From positions 1-64,000 of the forward strand of contig CAVTBU010000004.1 of the NCBI GenBank assembly GCA_963733035.1: 64,000 nt of DNA, read 5' to 3'. Of this stretch, positions 10,122-21,370 are shown in pieces. Source of the DNA: Pirellulales bacterium (GTDB taxonomy: Bacteria; Planctomycetota; Planctomycetia; Pirellulales; PALSA-1355). The position numbers were made by a program, and so were the translations under genes. How positions within the stretch are numbered: the first letter of the stretch is position 1; each line of letters starts with the position of its first letter. The notes under the pieces were generated by a model. The model saw only the letters and a list, made by a program, of their open reading frames with translations. It ran no database searches and was not told the origin of the DNA.

Positions 10122-10236
10122 CCTTTCGTCGTGCGAGACCCATACTGGCGAGGCCGAGCGGCGCATCAAGAGCACCAGAGCGGAACAACCCCGCCCCGGC
10201 CCTCGGTGCGTGATTGTAAGTTCGCGTGATGGAAAG

Positions 10237-11013
10237 CTAGGCTGCACGCTTGTGTCGTCGCCACCAGCCTGCACCACCGATCGTCAGACCTAGCAGCGAC
10301 CAGACGATGACGCTGGCGGGTTCGGGGACCGAGGACGTAATCAAGGTCGCATTATCGACCGCCAAGCCATCGCTCATGGTAAGTTGGCTGAACCAAGCAT
10401 AATCGGGGCCGCCCGGCTGGTGGGCGGGGTCGAGGGCCAGACCCTGGTAAGTCTTGGTGTTGTCATAGGAGTAGATCTCCGCGCCATTGAGAGGTTCCAC
10501 AAAGACATGGCGGTTGAGGAAACTGCTTCCAGCCGTCCAAACGACCCCGATAGTGTACCATCCGGAGGTGTCGATCTTCGTACCACTGCCAAGGGGGACA
10601 TTATAGGAGCCACCGTTGCCCGTATAGTCCACGTACCACCCATCACTGGCCTTTCCGGCACCGAGGCCGGTATCGTCGAGCCAAGTTCCGTCCGAGGCTC
10701 TACGGATGCCGAAATCGAGGTTCCACTTGTCGCCGACGATCCCGGCAGCGGTGTCGATGTAGACGTCGATGCTCTGGGTGTAGGGCCCGGTCCAGACGGT
10801 GGACGGTGTCTGGTCAAAGTACGTGTAAGCATCCTGCTTGGCGATCGCGTAGTAGCTGCCGCCAGCAGGGGAAAGCGGAGAACTCACCCGATTAATCGTC
10901 CCGGCCCAGTCCCCCGTGCCTGATTCAAATCCCTGAACGGAGATCACCGCCTGCGCTGTGCTCGCCAGCGTCGTCACCACCAGCCCCATAAGTGCAATCG
11001 TAAAAAGTTTCAT
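10237..11013 (-). CDS. PEP-CTERM secreted protein
   Basis: Signal peptide; VPEPASVIVWSLLGL...WWRRHKR tail. Confidence 0.85.
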   Translation of the reverse strand: MKLFTIALMGLVVTTLASTAQAVISVQGFESGTGDWAGTINRVSSPLSPAGGSYYAIAKQDAYTYFDQTPSTVWTGPYTQSIDVYIDTAAGIVGDKWNLDFGIRRASDGTWLDDTGLGAGKASDGWYVDYTGNGGSYNVPLGSGTKIDTSGWYTIGVVWTAGSSFLNRHVFVEPLNGAEIYSYDNTKTYQGLALDPAHQPGGPDYAWFSQLTMSDGLAVDNATLITSSVPEPASVIVWSLLGLTIGGAGWWRRHKRAA

Positions 11014-11382
11014 TCCGAGTCTCCTTTGGCCCTCTGCTGGCCGTTTCGTTGTCTGCAGATCCGACTCTCAAATCAGTGCTCGTGCGATCGAATCGGACAT
11101 AGCCGAGGCCATTGTGCGAGCCAGCGGTGTGAAACCGGCTTCATCGCTGGCGGACGCATATACTTTGCGTGCTCAGGCCACTTGCGCTATACACAAATAG
11201 TCCGCTCAACAAGCATCCCTGACACAATCTAGGAAAAAACTGTGATTTTGAATGGCCGTAACTCAGAGATTGAGGTCGTGAGCCCCAAAGTCAGGCGGAA
11301 CTGAAAAGTTGAACAGACAAGCGAACGGCGGCTCGTGGCCTGGAATGTGAACCTACCCACGTTTGGTGGGCGCGCTGTGGGG

Positions 11383-12363
11383 TTATTTGTTGGACATTGG
11401 GTTTGAGTTTGGGGTATTGGGTTGGCGACCCGCGAGACCCTTCGCGGGTCTTGCGCGGTCGCGGTGCTCGTGGGCGGATGATGCTTGGAGAGCGGTATCT
11501 GCCAGAGTCCGCCGGAAGGCTGGGGCGCCGCTGGCGAGGCTTTCTTCGTACTCCACCGGGCTCAAGTGCCCCAGCGACGAATGACGCCGCCGACGATTGT
11601 AGAACACTTCGATGTATTCAAACAGGCTTTGTCGAGCGACCTCTTGAGTCGTGTACTGTTCGTGATACACCAGCTCCGTCTTCAGCGTGCCGAAGAAGCT
11701 TTCCGCGACGGCATTGTCGTAGCAGTTGCCACGGCGACTCATGCTGGCTTGCAGGCCATACCGCGTGAGCAAGCCCTGGTAGTCGTCGCAGGCGTACTGC
11801 ACGCCCCGATCGCTGTGATGCAACACCTCGTTCTGCGGCCGCCGCTGCTCGATCGCCAACCGCAGCGCCCGCAAGCACAAGTCCGCAGCCAGCGAATCGC
11901 TGGTGGCCCAGCCCACGATCTTCCGCGAACACAAGTCGATCACCACCGCCAAGTACAGCCAGCCCTCGGCCGTGCGGACGTACGTGATGTCGGCCGCCCA
12001 GGCCCGATCGGGCTGCGGCTGGCAAAACGCCCGATTCAGCCGGTTCGGAGCGATCGGATGGGCGTGACGGCTTTCGGTCGTCCGGACGCGGAACCGGCGA
12101 TGCATTTTCGAACGCAGACCGGCGGCACGCATCAGCTTGGCCACCGTGTTCTTCGAGCAGCGAACGTCTTCTGCGATCAGGTCGCGATGCACGCGCGGCG
12201 AGCCGTACACCGCGCGGCTCCGCTCGTGCACGCGGCGGATCTGGTCGGTCAGCTTCGCCCGCCGCTCGGCGGTTACGCTCGGCGCACGCTCCCGCCAGGC
12301 GTAGTAACCGCTCCTGGTTACCTGCAAAACTCGGCACATCACGTTCACCGGAAACTCCCGCAT
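11383..12363 (-). CDS. IS3 transposase OrfB
   Basis: WAADITY, HSDRGVQY and DNAVAESFFGTLKTE motifs; likely joined to OrfA by a -1 frameshift at A AAA AAG (~12419-12426). Confidence 0.92.
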   Translation of the reverse strand: MREFPVNVMCRVLQVTRSGYYAWRERAPSVTAERRAKLTDQIRRVHERSRAVYGSPRVHRDLIAEDVRCSKNTVAKLMRAAGLRSKMHRRFRVRTTESRHAHPIAPNRLNRAFCQPQPDRAWAADITYVRTAEGWLYLAVVIDLCSRKIVGWATSDSLAADLCLRALRLAIEQRRPQNEVLHHSDRGVQYACDDYQGLLTRYGLQASMSRRGNCYDNAVAESFFGTLKTELVYHEQYTTQEVARQSLFEYIEVFYNRRRRHSSLGHLSPVEYEESLASGAPAFRRTLADTALQASSAHEHRDRARPAKGLAGRQPNTPNSNPMSNK

Positions 12364-12386
12364 GTGATCCTTGATGAACGCGAATC

Positions 12387-12668
12387 TCAGGGCTGGTGCT
12401 TGGCGAAGAAGGCCGTCGCTTTTTTTAAAATCTCACGCTCCATGAGGAGCCGCTTGTTCTCCTCGCGCAGCCGCCGCAGTTCCGCCCGCAAAGCCGAGTC
12501 ACCGCTCGCGCTGACGCCCACTTCCGGCCCGAACTTCTTCAGCCAATTGCGGATCGAGGCGGCGTCCACGCCCAGGCTCTTGGCCGCCTCCACGACCGTA
12601 TAGCCCTGCTGGTTCACCAACTTGACCGCCGACACCTTGAACTCACGCGAATACACTCGACGACCCAT
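12387..12668 (-). CDS. IS3 transposase OrfA (HTH)
   Basis: YSREFK...AAKSLGV...LRRLREENKRLLMEREILKKATAFF. Confidence 0.92.
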   Translation of the reverse strand: MGRRVYSREFKVSAVKLVNQQGYTVVEAAKSLGVDAASIRNWLKKFGPEVGVSASGDSALRAELRRLREENKRLLMEREILKKATAFFAKHQP

Positions 12669-12736
12669 GACACGCTCCTTTCACCGGCATTATGCCAGTT
12701 CTGTCGCGCGCCACGAATCGTGGGGAAGGTCAATGT

Positions 12737-13342
12737 CTATTTCTTAGCCCCCTCTTTCGCAAGCATTTCTTCCGCCAGCTTGGCGTCGAAGATTTCTAGC
12801 ACCGGCATAGAATTATCAAGCTCGATGACTTCATAGGCGCGACCATTGCTCACAAAGTATCCGTTCGTATCTTCCGTTGAACGGACAACCATTGGCCTGC
12901 CGACCTCGACATCCTTTGCGGAGAAGTTGCCAGCGCGCTCTCCGAATTGATTCGTCGGAGCGACAAATGCGTTGATTTGAGAGATGATTACGAGCGAGTC
13001 CTTTCGTTTCTCTCGCACCTTCCAGCGGATTTGGCTCTTTCCCATAGAAGTCGGCAGCGTTCCAAAATCGCCGACTTTCGGTTCCGACATGAGTTGCGGA
13101 ATCCCGGAGATTCTCGCGGCTTCCTTTTGCGCCTGCGACGCTTCCTTCACCTTTTGGGCATGGCTGGATATGTCTCCGCCAGAACGACGAGCACGTGCCA
13201 GATTTGTTCTCGCCTCCTTCAGTTGCGCTTTGGCACGGTTGGATCGCTCGATTTTGTAGACCGCCTTGTAGTCCGCATACTGCTGTAGCTTCTCCGGACT
13301 GAGAGAAACGCAAAGCAGAGAAAGCATAATTGCAGTCAACAT
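12737..13342 (-). CDS. Secreted hypothetical protein
   Basis: AAGGAG RBS before the ATG at 13342; hydrophobic N-terminus. Confidence 0.6.
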   Translation of the reverse strand: MLTAIMLSLLCVSLSPEKLQQYADYKAVYKIERSNRAKAQLKEARTNLARARRSGGDISSHAQKVKEASQAQKEAARISGIPQLMSEPKVGDFGTLPTSMGKSQIRWKVREKRKDSLVIISQINAFVAPTNQFGERAGNFSAKDVEVGRPMVVRSTEDTNGYFVSNGRAYEVIELDNSMPVLEIFDAKLAEEMLAKEGAKK

Positions 13343-13395
13343 GTCGTTCTCCTTTTGCTTGTCGATGAGGCAATCCGACGGCCTGGCTTCGGCGA

Positions 13396-13876
13396 TTACG
13401 TCGCTCGCGCTCGTGCGCTCGAAATTCCCAAGGCGGCATCGGCTCTTTATCAGACCACAAGCCACGCCTAGCATCGCGGGCTTCGCGTTCAAGTTCCGCA
13501 AGGCGTTCTGACTTGGAGTAGCGCCGATATTGCCAAGCGAGCCCTAGTGCCACCATCACCTAGTTGACGTTCGTTTCTCCAACGAACACGTCACCAATTG
13601 TTCGCCCGTACCTGTCTTTGCCGTGGTCGACAATTCGGACATCTTTGCCGAACACCATGCTGGCCAGTGCTTCAGTGCTCACGCGTCCGAACGCTTGTCG
13701 ACGCTCAGGGGCGTCAATCTCCGCGAGCCGGATTTTGACCTGGCGGTTGCCGTCGACCAGCGCTGTCAGCGTTCACCATCGACAACCTTGACCACGCGGC
13801 CGGTGAAGGTATCGGCTGCTTTCGCTAATTGGGTTGAAGCCAACAGCAAAAGCACGACGCCGAGGATGAGCTTCAT
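13396..13876 (-). pseudogene. Thermonuclease pseudogene, paralogue of 4446-4940
   Basis: The ADTFTGRVVKVVDG, IDAPERRQAFGR and LGLAWQYRRYSKSERL segments fall in different frames, with an in-frame stop. Confidence 0.8.
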
Positions 13877-14061
13877 CAGGTTGTCCTCAATTGGCTTGTA
13901 CGAATCGACAAATTGTATGTTCTATGGATTGTTGATTCCACCATATATGGGTGATATGGTTGGCTAATCTGCGTGGAAATCGGCTGATGGTCCGCGAATG
14001 CATCACGCGCGCCAAGCCAGGATCAATTATCGAATTGAGTTTCCCGAGGGACACAACATCG

Positions 14062-14508
14062 ATGAGTAATCGCAGTCCTTCTCAGCAGCTAACCATCAAG
14101 AGACTCTTGGTGCTGACTACGTGCGTTGCTGCCGTTTGTGCAATGAGCAATCTCGGTGAATTTCCGATTGCGCTATCTCGTACAAAGGGCCATAATCCGA
14201 TCACGAACAAAGAAATAGTCGAGATCAGTTACATACTGCGACCTGCCACTGCCATAGAAGTGCAGTGGCGCACACTGCTGTGCGTCTGCACCAGCGTACT
14301 CGTCACGCTTGAGTATTTCTATTCGTCCATTCCGAAATCTCTTACGTCACGTTTGTTGCTGTACTCTGCACTTGTATTGGCCTTTAACGTTGCGTTCGTG
14401 GTATCGCATCACCCGCAGGCCTGGAATGGTATTTTTGCGTCCCTGAGCGCGACTCTGACGCTACTCTGCGTTTCCTTTCAACCTTCCGGGCGATTGCCGT
14501 TCAGCTAG
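14062..14508 (+). CDS. Membrane protein
   Basis: Several hydrophobic segments; lower GC; shares an LRPxTxxE motif with the next gene. Confidence 0.55.
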   Translation: MSNRSPSQQLTIKRLLVLTTCVAAVCAMSNLGEFPIALSRTKGHNPITNKEIVEISYILRPATAIEVQWRTLLCVCTSVLVTLEYFYSSIPKSLTSRLLLYSALVLAFNVAFVVSHHPQAWNGIFASLSATLTLLCVSFQPSGRLPFS

Positions 14509-14564
14509 TGTCGCCTCCTGCCTGATATAGACCAGACAACCTCTTGAATAGCGACAGGTGAACC

Positions 14565-14942
14565 ATGAGGCGACGGGGATTGTCCGATCTTTCTTTGCTC
14601 CTTGTCGGTGTCACGATTATTCTGGTGCTGGCCACCTATTTCATCCCTTTTGAGTTTCCAGTGATCGACTGGAAGCAAAGCCGAGCATCGGAGCTTCGTC
14701 CTCCCACCCCCGAGGAATCGGGAAGTCGGCTAATCATCATGGTCGTGATCGACCTGATAGCCTACATAGGGGCGTTGACTTTTTTCAATTGGCGGGAGGG
14801 GGACAAGATTCTCCCGGATGACGGATTGCTTCCCATTGATGGGGAACCAATCGAAGGGGAACTGCTGCTGCCCGTTAAGGTTCTTGGTTGTTCACCTGAG
14901 AAGGATGGCACGCTCGATGATGACAAGCAGGGCGTCGAATAA
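14565..14942 (+). CDS. Small membrane protein
   Basis: Two hydrophobic segments and an acidic tail. Confidence 0.55.
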   Translation: MRRRGLSDLSLLLVGVTIILVLATYFIPFEFPVIDWKQSRASELRPPTPEESGSRLIIMVVIDLIAYIGALTFFNWREGDKILPDDGLLPIDGEPIEGELLLPVKVLGCSPEKDGTLDDDKQGVE

Positions 14943-14998
14943 TGCCGTTACATCGGACGGAAGCAACACTTTAGCCAAGCCGGAATTACTCAGGTGAG

Positions 14999-15133
14999 AT
15001 AGCGTTCCTTGCCGTTGCCAACGATTCGCACGTCTTTGCCGAAGATCATCGCGGCAAGGGCTTCGGTGCTCTTGCGCGAGAACGCCTGTTTGCGTTCCGG
15101 GGCGTCAATCTCGCTGAGTCGGATCTTGACTTT
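14999..15133 (-). pseudogene. Internal thermonuclease fragment (third copy)
   Basis: Translates to KVKIRLSEIDAPERKQAFSRKSTEALAAMIFGKDVRIVGNGKERY. Confidence 0.75.
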
Positions 15134-15159
15134 AAAGATCCACTAAACTTCGTCCGCCA

Positions 15160-15905
15160 GTGACCCCCTCCCGATTTCAGCATGTCTGGACGCTCCAGGG
15201 GTCGCGGCAAGTCTTTGCAATGGCGTTTATTCATGTGGCAACACGGCGCGTATTTGCCACGCCGGCGACCTTTAAGCCGGACTCCACCTGGATGACAGCG
15301 CAGGCGCATGCGTTCCTGGTTCATGCCGAGCGACAGGACTTGCGTTGTGAAACCATCATTCGTGACCACGACGGCAAGTACACTTCCGACTTCGACCGGA
15401 TCTTCCAGAAGCGCGGCATCAAAGCGAAGCCGGTCGGCCCTCGGGCGCCGAACTTGAATGCCTTCATCGAGCGGTGGATTCAAAGCCTGAAGCACGAGGC
15501 CCTCAACCACTTCATCGTTTTTGGCCTGGCGCACTTCGACCACATCGTCAGCGAGTTCGTCGACTACTACCACGACTGCCGACCGCATCAAGGAATTGGC
15601 AATCGGCTGATTGGTGCCGAAGACTCCGACGGGCCGCCACTGATTGAAAGCGTCGAGCAGCTTGAATGCGACTCTCGGCTCGGTGGGCTACTCAAGACCT
15701 ATCGTCGAGCCGCGTAGTGACGACCCACGTCGAGGCGTCTCGGCCTGACAAAATTGGTGTGCGCACGCTCGGCGAATTGGCAATCTCGTCACGAAAAAGG
15801 GCCGAGTTGCTCGCCGGACGGACCCGCCCTGACTGCGTGATCGCCCGAAGATGGGCATGAATCGCCCCTCGAATTCGCTGTGGCAACCATTTTGTACATG
15901 ACGCG
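15160..15905 (+). mobile_element. Unit U4: 5'-truncated DDE element (3' half of transposase 15160-15717 plus right end)
   Basis: RDHDGKYT, PNLNAFIERWIQSLKHE and RLGGLLKTYRRAA*; right end TTTTGTACATGACGCG; the first catalytic Asp region is missing. Confidence 0.85.
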
Positions 15906-16399
15906 CGGCACGCGAAGTACGTGACGTTCCAACTGGCCGAGGTGGCGGTCGCGCGGAACTTGTTCGCCGCGATTCTAGCCAGGATCGCGCGGCTGGCAAT
16001 TCCGCCGGCGGTTGTTGGTCGGATCCAAGTGTAGGAGCGGATAACTGGCCAACGAGGACTTGTCCCGGGGGATGCCCTGCGCCGCAGCCCGCCGAACGAC
16101 GCTGGAGACCATGATTCCAGCCGTGGAAACTCAGAAACCGGAGCCGTACGCGAAAAAATGGAGAAGAATTCAGTACGCGCTAGACGCGGAGGGGGGGCGC
16201 GTTGCTACAATCGTGGCCAGACCGAGCCCGGATCGATTCCAGGCTCAGCCCATATGGGAAATGTCGGTTCAGGGCAGTTTCTTGGAGCGCGAAGATGAAC
16301 ACCGAAGCTTTCCCCTCTCCCCAAACCCCTCACCCCTGTCCATCCACCCACGCGCTCGCGCAATCAAATTTCCTATCCATGTGGGGCCTCGGGAGTGAG

Positions 16400-17380
16400 A
16401 TGATACGATCCATTTTGCACGGGCAGTTATTTCTTCTGATCGCAGTCTCCAGTGCTGCGGCAGCGGCGCCGTATTACGTATACGATGGGGCCAGTGCGCA
16501 GGCGTCGGCGGGCGGCGACGGGGCTCCCGATAGTGATTCCCATTCGTACAACAGCGGCAAGCTGGTTCAACAATCGATAAACGGATCGACCTTTGCATCC
16601 GCCGTGGGTCAGGTGATGGAATACGGCGGGCCCGACGTGGTGAACGTGCCGCAAATGGCGTACGGAACCGTCACCGACACCGCTGAGATCGGCGCGCTCC
16701 ACGCCAGCCTCTCAGCGCACAGCGATTCGGGGCTTGAAAATGTGAGCGCTGTGCCGCTCAACGTCGGGGTCGCGGCGGCTAATATGAGCGACACTGTGAT
16801 GTGGTCCGACACCGTCTATTTTAACACGGCCAATCCGGCCGGCTCCGATTACCTGCTTTCACTGCACGTGGACGACTCGATTGTGGCTGCGGGAGAGTTT
16901 TATTTCTACGAACCGGGATTTTACACCGGCTCGGTGCTGGCGCGGGTGGATTTCACAAACAGCAACTTTGGGTTGGGCGCGTCGCAGTCGCTCGTCGTTC
17001 AAGACGTCTACAGCTACAATCGTAATGGAACAACTATCAATCAAGTCGCCCAAAGCCACGATGTGTCGGTCCTCGTCCACGTCGGTTTCGAGCAGGGCGC
17101 GATGGCGACGGTCACGGGCGAGCTCGTCACCACGGCCGGTGTTGAGAATGGAACGAGCTTTGCACTTGTGGACGCCGGCGACACCGCGCTGTTCACGATC
17201 AACTCTGCCGACCCGCTGGCGAGCTATACGACCAACTCGGGGACGGTTTTCGCAACGTCCGTTCCCGAGCCGACGAGCCTGTCGCTGCTGGCCTTGGGCG
17301 CATTGTCCCTGCTTGCCCGCCTGCGCCGACCATACGTGGGGAAGTCCAATCAGTTAACCCCTCACCCCCCAAGCCCCTGA
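16400..17380 (+). CDS. PEP-CTERM secreted protein
   Basis: GGGAG RBS, signal peptide, VPEPTSLSLLALG...RLRR. Confidence 0.85.
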   Translation: MIRSILHGQLFLLIAVSSAAAAAPYYVYDGASAQASAGGDGAPDSDSHSYNSGKLVQQSINGSTFASAVGQVMEYGGPDVVNVPQMAYGTVTDTAEIGALHASLSAHSDSGLENVSAVPLNVGVAAANMSDTVMWSDTVYFNTANPAGSDYLLSLHVDDSIVAAGEFYFYEPGFYTGSVLARVDFTNSNFGLGASQSLVVQDVYSYNRNGTTINQVAQSHDVSVLVHVGFEQGAMATVTGELVTTAGVENGTSFALVDAGDTALFTINSADPLASYTTNSGTVFATSVPEPTSLSLLALGALSLLARLRRPYVGKSNQLTPHPPSP

Positions 17381-17451
17381 CGCCGGCCCGCCTGGAATCA
17401 AATTTCCGATCAGTGATTGTTGGCCGGTGTCATACAAGTTCGGATGCGGTA

Positions 17452-18456
17452 ATGAAAATGAACAAGCATGTATTTCTCACGTTTGTCTTTGCTATCGCGT
17501 TGTGCCCCGCCGCCGCGCTTGCCGTGCCGATGTATTCCGTAAATTTGACCGGCGTCACCCCCGTGTCCAACAGCCTCTCGCCCGTCACGCTCCAGACGAA
17601 CGTCAACTCCGGCTCCGGCGGGCACATGGAAGGCATCGCCACCGCCTCCTCATCGCTGCATTCGAAAATCATCGCCTCCCAAAACGCCACCGGTCTCAAC
17701 ACCGGCATCTTCGCTCAGTCCGATGCCAACCTCACTTCCATCTACGACGACATCGTCTTCACCGGCCCCGGCTCCGGGCTGATCTCCGTCACGACGCACA
17801 TACCCTTCCACGCCGAGGTGTATCAGTCTTTTAATTATCTTGATTCCCTTGAAAACGGTCACGACACCTCCTACGTCGATCAAGGCATCGACCTCGACGC
17901 GACTTTACAATCCGTCAGCGGACGACTCGTCATCAGCGGTTTCAACGAAGCGCTAGGCAATTTGACCATCACGCCGAGTACAACCTCCGGCGCCGCCGTA
18001 GTCGGCCATGCCACCGACATCGATCCCGTCGGCGACGGCGGTTTCCTCAATCGCGTCTCACACACGGCCATACCCATCATGACGCCACCCAATTTCGTTC
18101 CCGCCGGCGCCGGCGAATCCATCGACGATGTCTTCGCGCTCAACGGCGAAATTATTCTCACCAGCTTGGTCTCGCTCAACACGCCCGAAACGCTCGTGCT
18201 CCAGATGAATCTCACCTCCATCGCACACGGCGGCAATAACGGCTTGCTCAGCTCGTTCGGAGAAATCAACGCGCTCAACACTTTCGGCCTCGAAAACGGT
18301 CAAATTGCCTTCGACCTGCCCGACGGCTACACCGTTAATTCTCCTTCGCTGAACATCGCGAACAACGTGGTCGTACCCGAACCCCCCACTCTCATCCTCG
18401 CCGCCCTTGGCCTCGTCGGGCTGGCCGCCTGGGGCTGGCGGCGGCCTTCGACGTGA
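17452..18456 (+). CDS. PEP-CTERM secreted protein
   Basis: Signal peptide; FDLPDGYTVNS...VPEPPTLILAALG...WRR. Confidence 0.85.
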   Translation: MKMNKHVFLTFVFAIALCPAAALAVPMYSVNLTGVTPVSNSLSPVTLQTNVNSGSGGHMEGIATASSSLHSKIIASQNATGLNTGIFAQSDANLTSIYDDIVFTGPGSGLISVTTHIPFHAEVYQSFNYLDSLENGHDTSYVDQGIDLDATLQSVSGRLVISGFNEALGNLTITPSTTSGAAVVGHATDIDPVGDGGFLNRVSHTAIPIMTPPNFVPAGAGESIDDVFALNGEIILTSLVSLNTPETLVLQMNLTSIAHGGNNGLLSSFGEINALNTFGLENGQIAFDLPDGYTVNSPSLNIANNVVVPEPPTLILAALGLVGLAAWGWRRPST

Positions 18457-18892
18457 TGCAGGCCGTCAGCCGCGCGCGTGCGCCAGCGGACAGCGTTGAG
18501 CGTCGCCGGCACCGGTGCTTTCATGTTCAATTCGAAGATACAAGGCCAGTTCCCCGTCATCGCCCGAGTACTCGACAGCAGCGGAGACCCTGTGGCGAGT
18601 AGCTTAAAGCCCGACTATGTTGCAGAAATCCTGTCGCCCGCCGTTGAGGACGCATGATGGCCGTGTTAATGCTTGAAGACGCGTTGAGAAATGCAAATTC
18701 CTGCAGAGGAGCTGATGATTCGGACAGGAGCCAATTGTCTCCGTCCGTGCAATTTTGTTGACTCGATGCATTTATCGCGGCAAGATGACGGCCGGTAAAA
18801 GATGCTAGCGGAGGTCGGTCTTCTGGAGAGCAGCGTTGGAAGGTATTCCGTAACGAGCGAGGGTTTCCTATTAACGCGGAGGATTCACGATC

Positions 18893-19294
18893 ATGATGCG
18901 ACATGCGAACACCCTGAAACTTTTTGGCGCGGTCTGTTTCGCATTTTTGTTGACGAATGCGACGGCGAGCGCTGCCGACCCCAACGGAACATGGACCTGG
19001 ACGTTCTCACGCAATGGCCAGGAATTCGAGTTCTCACTGGACCTGAAACAAACGGACGAAAAGCTGACCGGAACTCTGATGTTACCCTTCGGCGACGGCG
19101 TGAAGCTTGACATCGAAGATGGTACTTTCAAAAACAACGAAGTCAGCTTCAAAACGGTCTTCGAACGCAACGGCAACAGCTTTGAAACGAAGTACAAAGG
19201 CAAAGTCGACGGAGATACGATCAAGGGTACCACGGAGCGTGAACGCAACGGCGAAGTAGTGAGCCGTGATTGGGAGGCAAAGCGGCAAAAGTAG
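18893..19294 (+). CDS. Small secreted beta-rich protein
   Basis: Signal peptide; ADPNGTWTW...KYKGKVDGDTIKG...WEAKR. Confidence 0.75.
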   Translation: MMRHANTLKLFGAVCFAFLLTNATASAADPNGTWTWTFSRNGQEFEFSLDLKQTDEKLTGTLMLPFGDGVKLDIEDGTFKNNEVSFKTVFERNGNSFETKYKGKVDGDTIKGTTERERNGEVVSRDWEAKRQK

Positions 19295-19309
19295 TAGCCG
19301 ACCCGTGGT

Positions 19310-19728
19310 CCGCCTTGCAGTATGATGTCATTGGTTGTCTTCGGCCTGGCGCACTTCGACCACATCGTCAGCGAGTTCGTCGACTACTACCACGACTGCC
19401 GACCGCATCAAGGAATTGGCAATCGGCTGATTGGTGCCGAAGACTCCGACGGGCCGCCAGTGAATGATGATGTCGACCAGCTTGAGTGCGAGTCGCGCCT
19501 CGGCGGCCTGCTCAAGACCTATCGCCGCGCCGCCTAACGTCAGCCAAGTCTCGATCAGTTAAAATTCTGCCGCACGCTTGCGATACGCGCCGGGGTGTCG
19601 AATTGGCAATTCGGAACTGACATTTGGCAGCTCGCTGCCATTCTGCTGACGCTAATGGCAGGAAAATCACGCAAAACCACACTCGCCAAGAGCCGAACTG
19701 GCTGTGGCATTCTATTTGTACAAGGCGG
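19310..19728 (+). mobile_element. Unit U5: non-autonomous derivative
   Basis: IR CCGCCTTG...CAAGGCGG; last ~65 transposase codons nearly identical to U4. Confidence 0.8.
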
Positions 19729-20170
19729 TGTTTTCGAGAAGTGCTTGTCTGACAAAGACTTGCTGAGTTCGAGTCTCTTCCGGTCCCCCTAAAACCGAAT
19801 GAGACTGTTGCGAACTCGGCGCTCTCGGGTTAACAGCAATGTCAAGCTGGGCTATTAACTGCGCGACGCTTTTTCCGCACGCCCAAACTTTTGACGTCCA
19901 GTTAACAGCTGCGCGAGCGCGGAGACTCGACGGCTGGCTCGGCTCCGCGGGCTGCCAAATAAGTATCGTCGCGCGGCATGATGCCGTTCAATTCAGTTGA
20001 TGGAGTTCGGTCACGCGCTCGTGATGCACGCCGATCTTTCGAATTGGCAATTCCGAAACAGAATTTCGTCGGCCGCCGTCATGTTGCCGACACCAATCCC
20101 TCGAAAATCACGGCAGAACCACGCTCACCAAGCGCCGATCTCGCTGTGGCATTCGTTTTGTACACAGCGG
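19729..20170 (+). mobile_element. Unit U6: derivative keeping the structured leader, outer left end lost at the U5 junction
   Basis: 19729-19920 matches 534-722, followed by a degenerate RLGGL..YRRAA* and right end TTTTGTACACAGCGG. Confidence 0.75.
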
Positions 20171-20333
20171 TCTTTACACTCCAAGGATAAATTATTCGTA
20201 AGGAACTGCGCGACCGTTGACGCCAGCCAGATCGCCTGCCTACTGTCATATCGTTTGTCCTGGTAGGCGGAACTTGAACGCGTAGTAAAAAGCAGCTCAT
20301 GAAGTAAAACCACAATTCGGTTGAGGACATCCG

Positions 20334-21005
20334 ATGTCAAAGGCACCCGTGCTCGGTCGCTTGACCCAGGTGGCAATTCCCTTATGCGCGGTGTTGGCCG
20401 CCGTGCTCAACCCTTTCGTAGCGCTGGGAGAAACGATCACCTATAGCGTCGTCGACTATCCGGCAGCCGAAGCTGATGTGGTTAACCCCGGCAATCAGGA
20501 CCGAGTTTTGGGTACCATCACGGCATCGAGCGCCGACCCTCTCGGCTCATATACCGCCGGAGCAGCCTCTGGTTCGCCGGCGAACCCGATCAACGTCACG
20601 TTGTCGTACGCGATCACGCTCGAGTCGCTGGCGCCGGGAGGCGCGACAACGGCGTCGGTTAGCTACACCGGTTCCGGTCCACTGTCCTACTACCTGGGCT
20701 CGGGTACGATTACCTTTGATGCGACTTCGATTCAGCTCGGTGGGTACCTCTCGCTCGGCGCCAGCACAGTTGGCGCATCGGAAGAGATGTATTGGCGACC
20801 CGATCTTAACTCCTACTTTGGTCGCTACACGACGAACAGCGGACCGGTGATTTACTTCAGCCAGAACCCGGCCAACGATCTCGGTTCCTCCCCCTGGACC
20901 GTCGCCGTGGCGGTTCCCGAGCCGGGGACGCTCGCTCTGTTCGGTTCGGCCGCGGTGTTGCTGCCGCTGGCTCGCTTGCGGCGCGGGCGACGCATTCGCG
21001 GGTAA
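20334..21005 (+). CDS. PEP-CTERM secreted protein
   Basis: Signal peptide; VPEPGTLALFG...RLRRGRR; the only gene between U6 and U7. Confidence 0.85.
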   Translation: MSKAPVLGRLTQVAIPLCAVLAAVLNPFVALGETITYSVVDYPAAEADVVNPGNQDRVLGTITASSADPLGSYTAGAASGSPANPINVTLSYAITLESLAPGGATTASVSYTGSGPLSYYLGSGTITFDATSIQLGGYLSLGASTVGASEEMYWRPDLNSYFGRYTTNSGPVIYFSQNPANDLGSSPWTVAVAVPEPGTLALFGSAAVLLPLARLRRGRRIRG

Positions 21006-21042
21006 GCCGAGAATCGCCTCGCAGTGCTATAACGCTATAACG

Positions 21043-21370
21043 CCTCCCCGTAGGGAAGCCTTTTCGAACCGCTTCGCGTGAGCGCGCTTTCCGAAGGCGC
21101 ATATTGCAGCGACCGGCCGAGGTGCGAAAAGTTTCGGAGTCAGTCTCGCCTAGGCGGTTTGCTCAAGACCTAACGCCGTGCAGCCTGAAGTCAGCCAGGC
21201 TTCGGTCGGTTGGGATTCTGTCGCTCGCTGGCGGTGCGCGCCGGTGTCTCGAATTGGCAATTCTGAACCGAGATTTCGGACGCACGCTGCGACTGATGGC
21301 TCGAGAATCAGGGCACAACTACGCTCGACTAGAGGCAAACTGGCTGTGGCAACATATTTGTGCAGAGCGG
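21043..21370 (+). mobile_element. Unit U7: non-autonomous derivative
   Basis: CCTCCCCGTAGGGAAG...RLGGLLKT...TTTGTGCAGAGCGG; same short architecture as U2. Confidence 0.8.

Larger units (their letters stand above)
11348..12732 (-). mobile_element. IS3-family insertion sequence
   Basis: TG...CA ends with imperfect IR TGAACCTACCCACGTTTGGTGG / TGACCTTCCCCACGATTCGTGG; 3-bp target duplication ATG; orfA/orfB arrangement. Confidence 0.92.

Noticed and set aside
21026..21042. 8-bp tandem GCTATAAC beside U7 as a target duplication
   Set aside because: Both copies are on the same side, and the length differs from the 5-bp duplication at U8.
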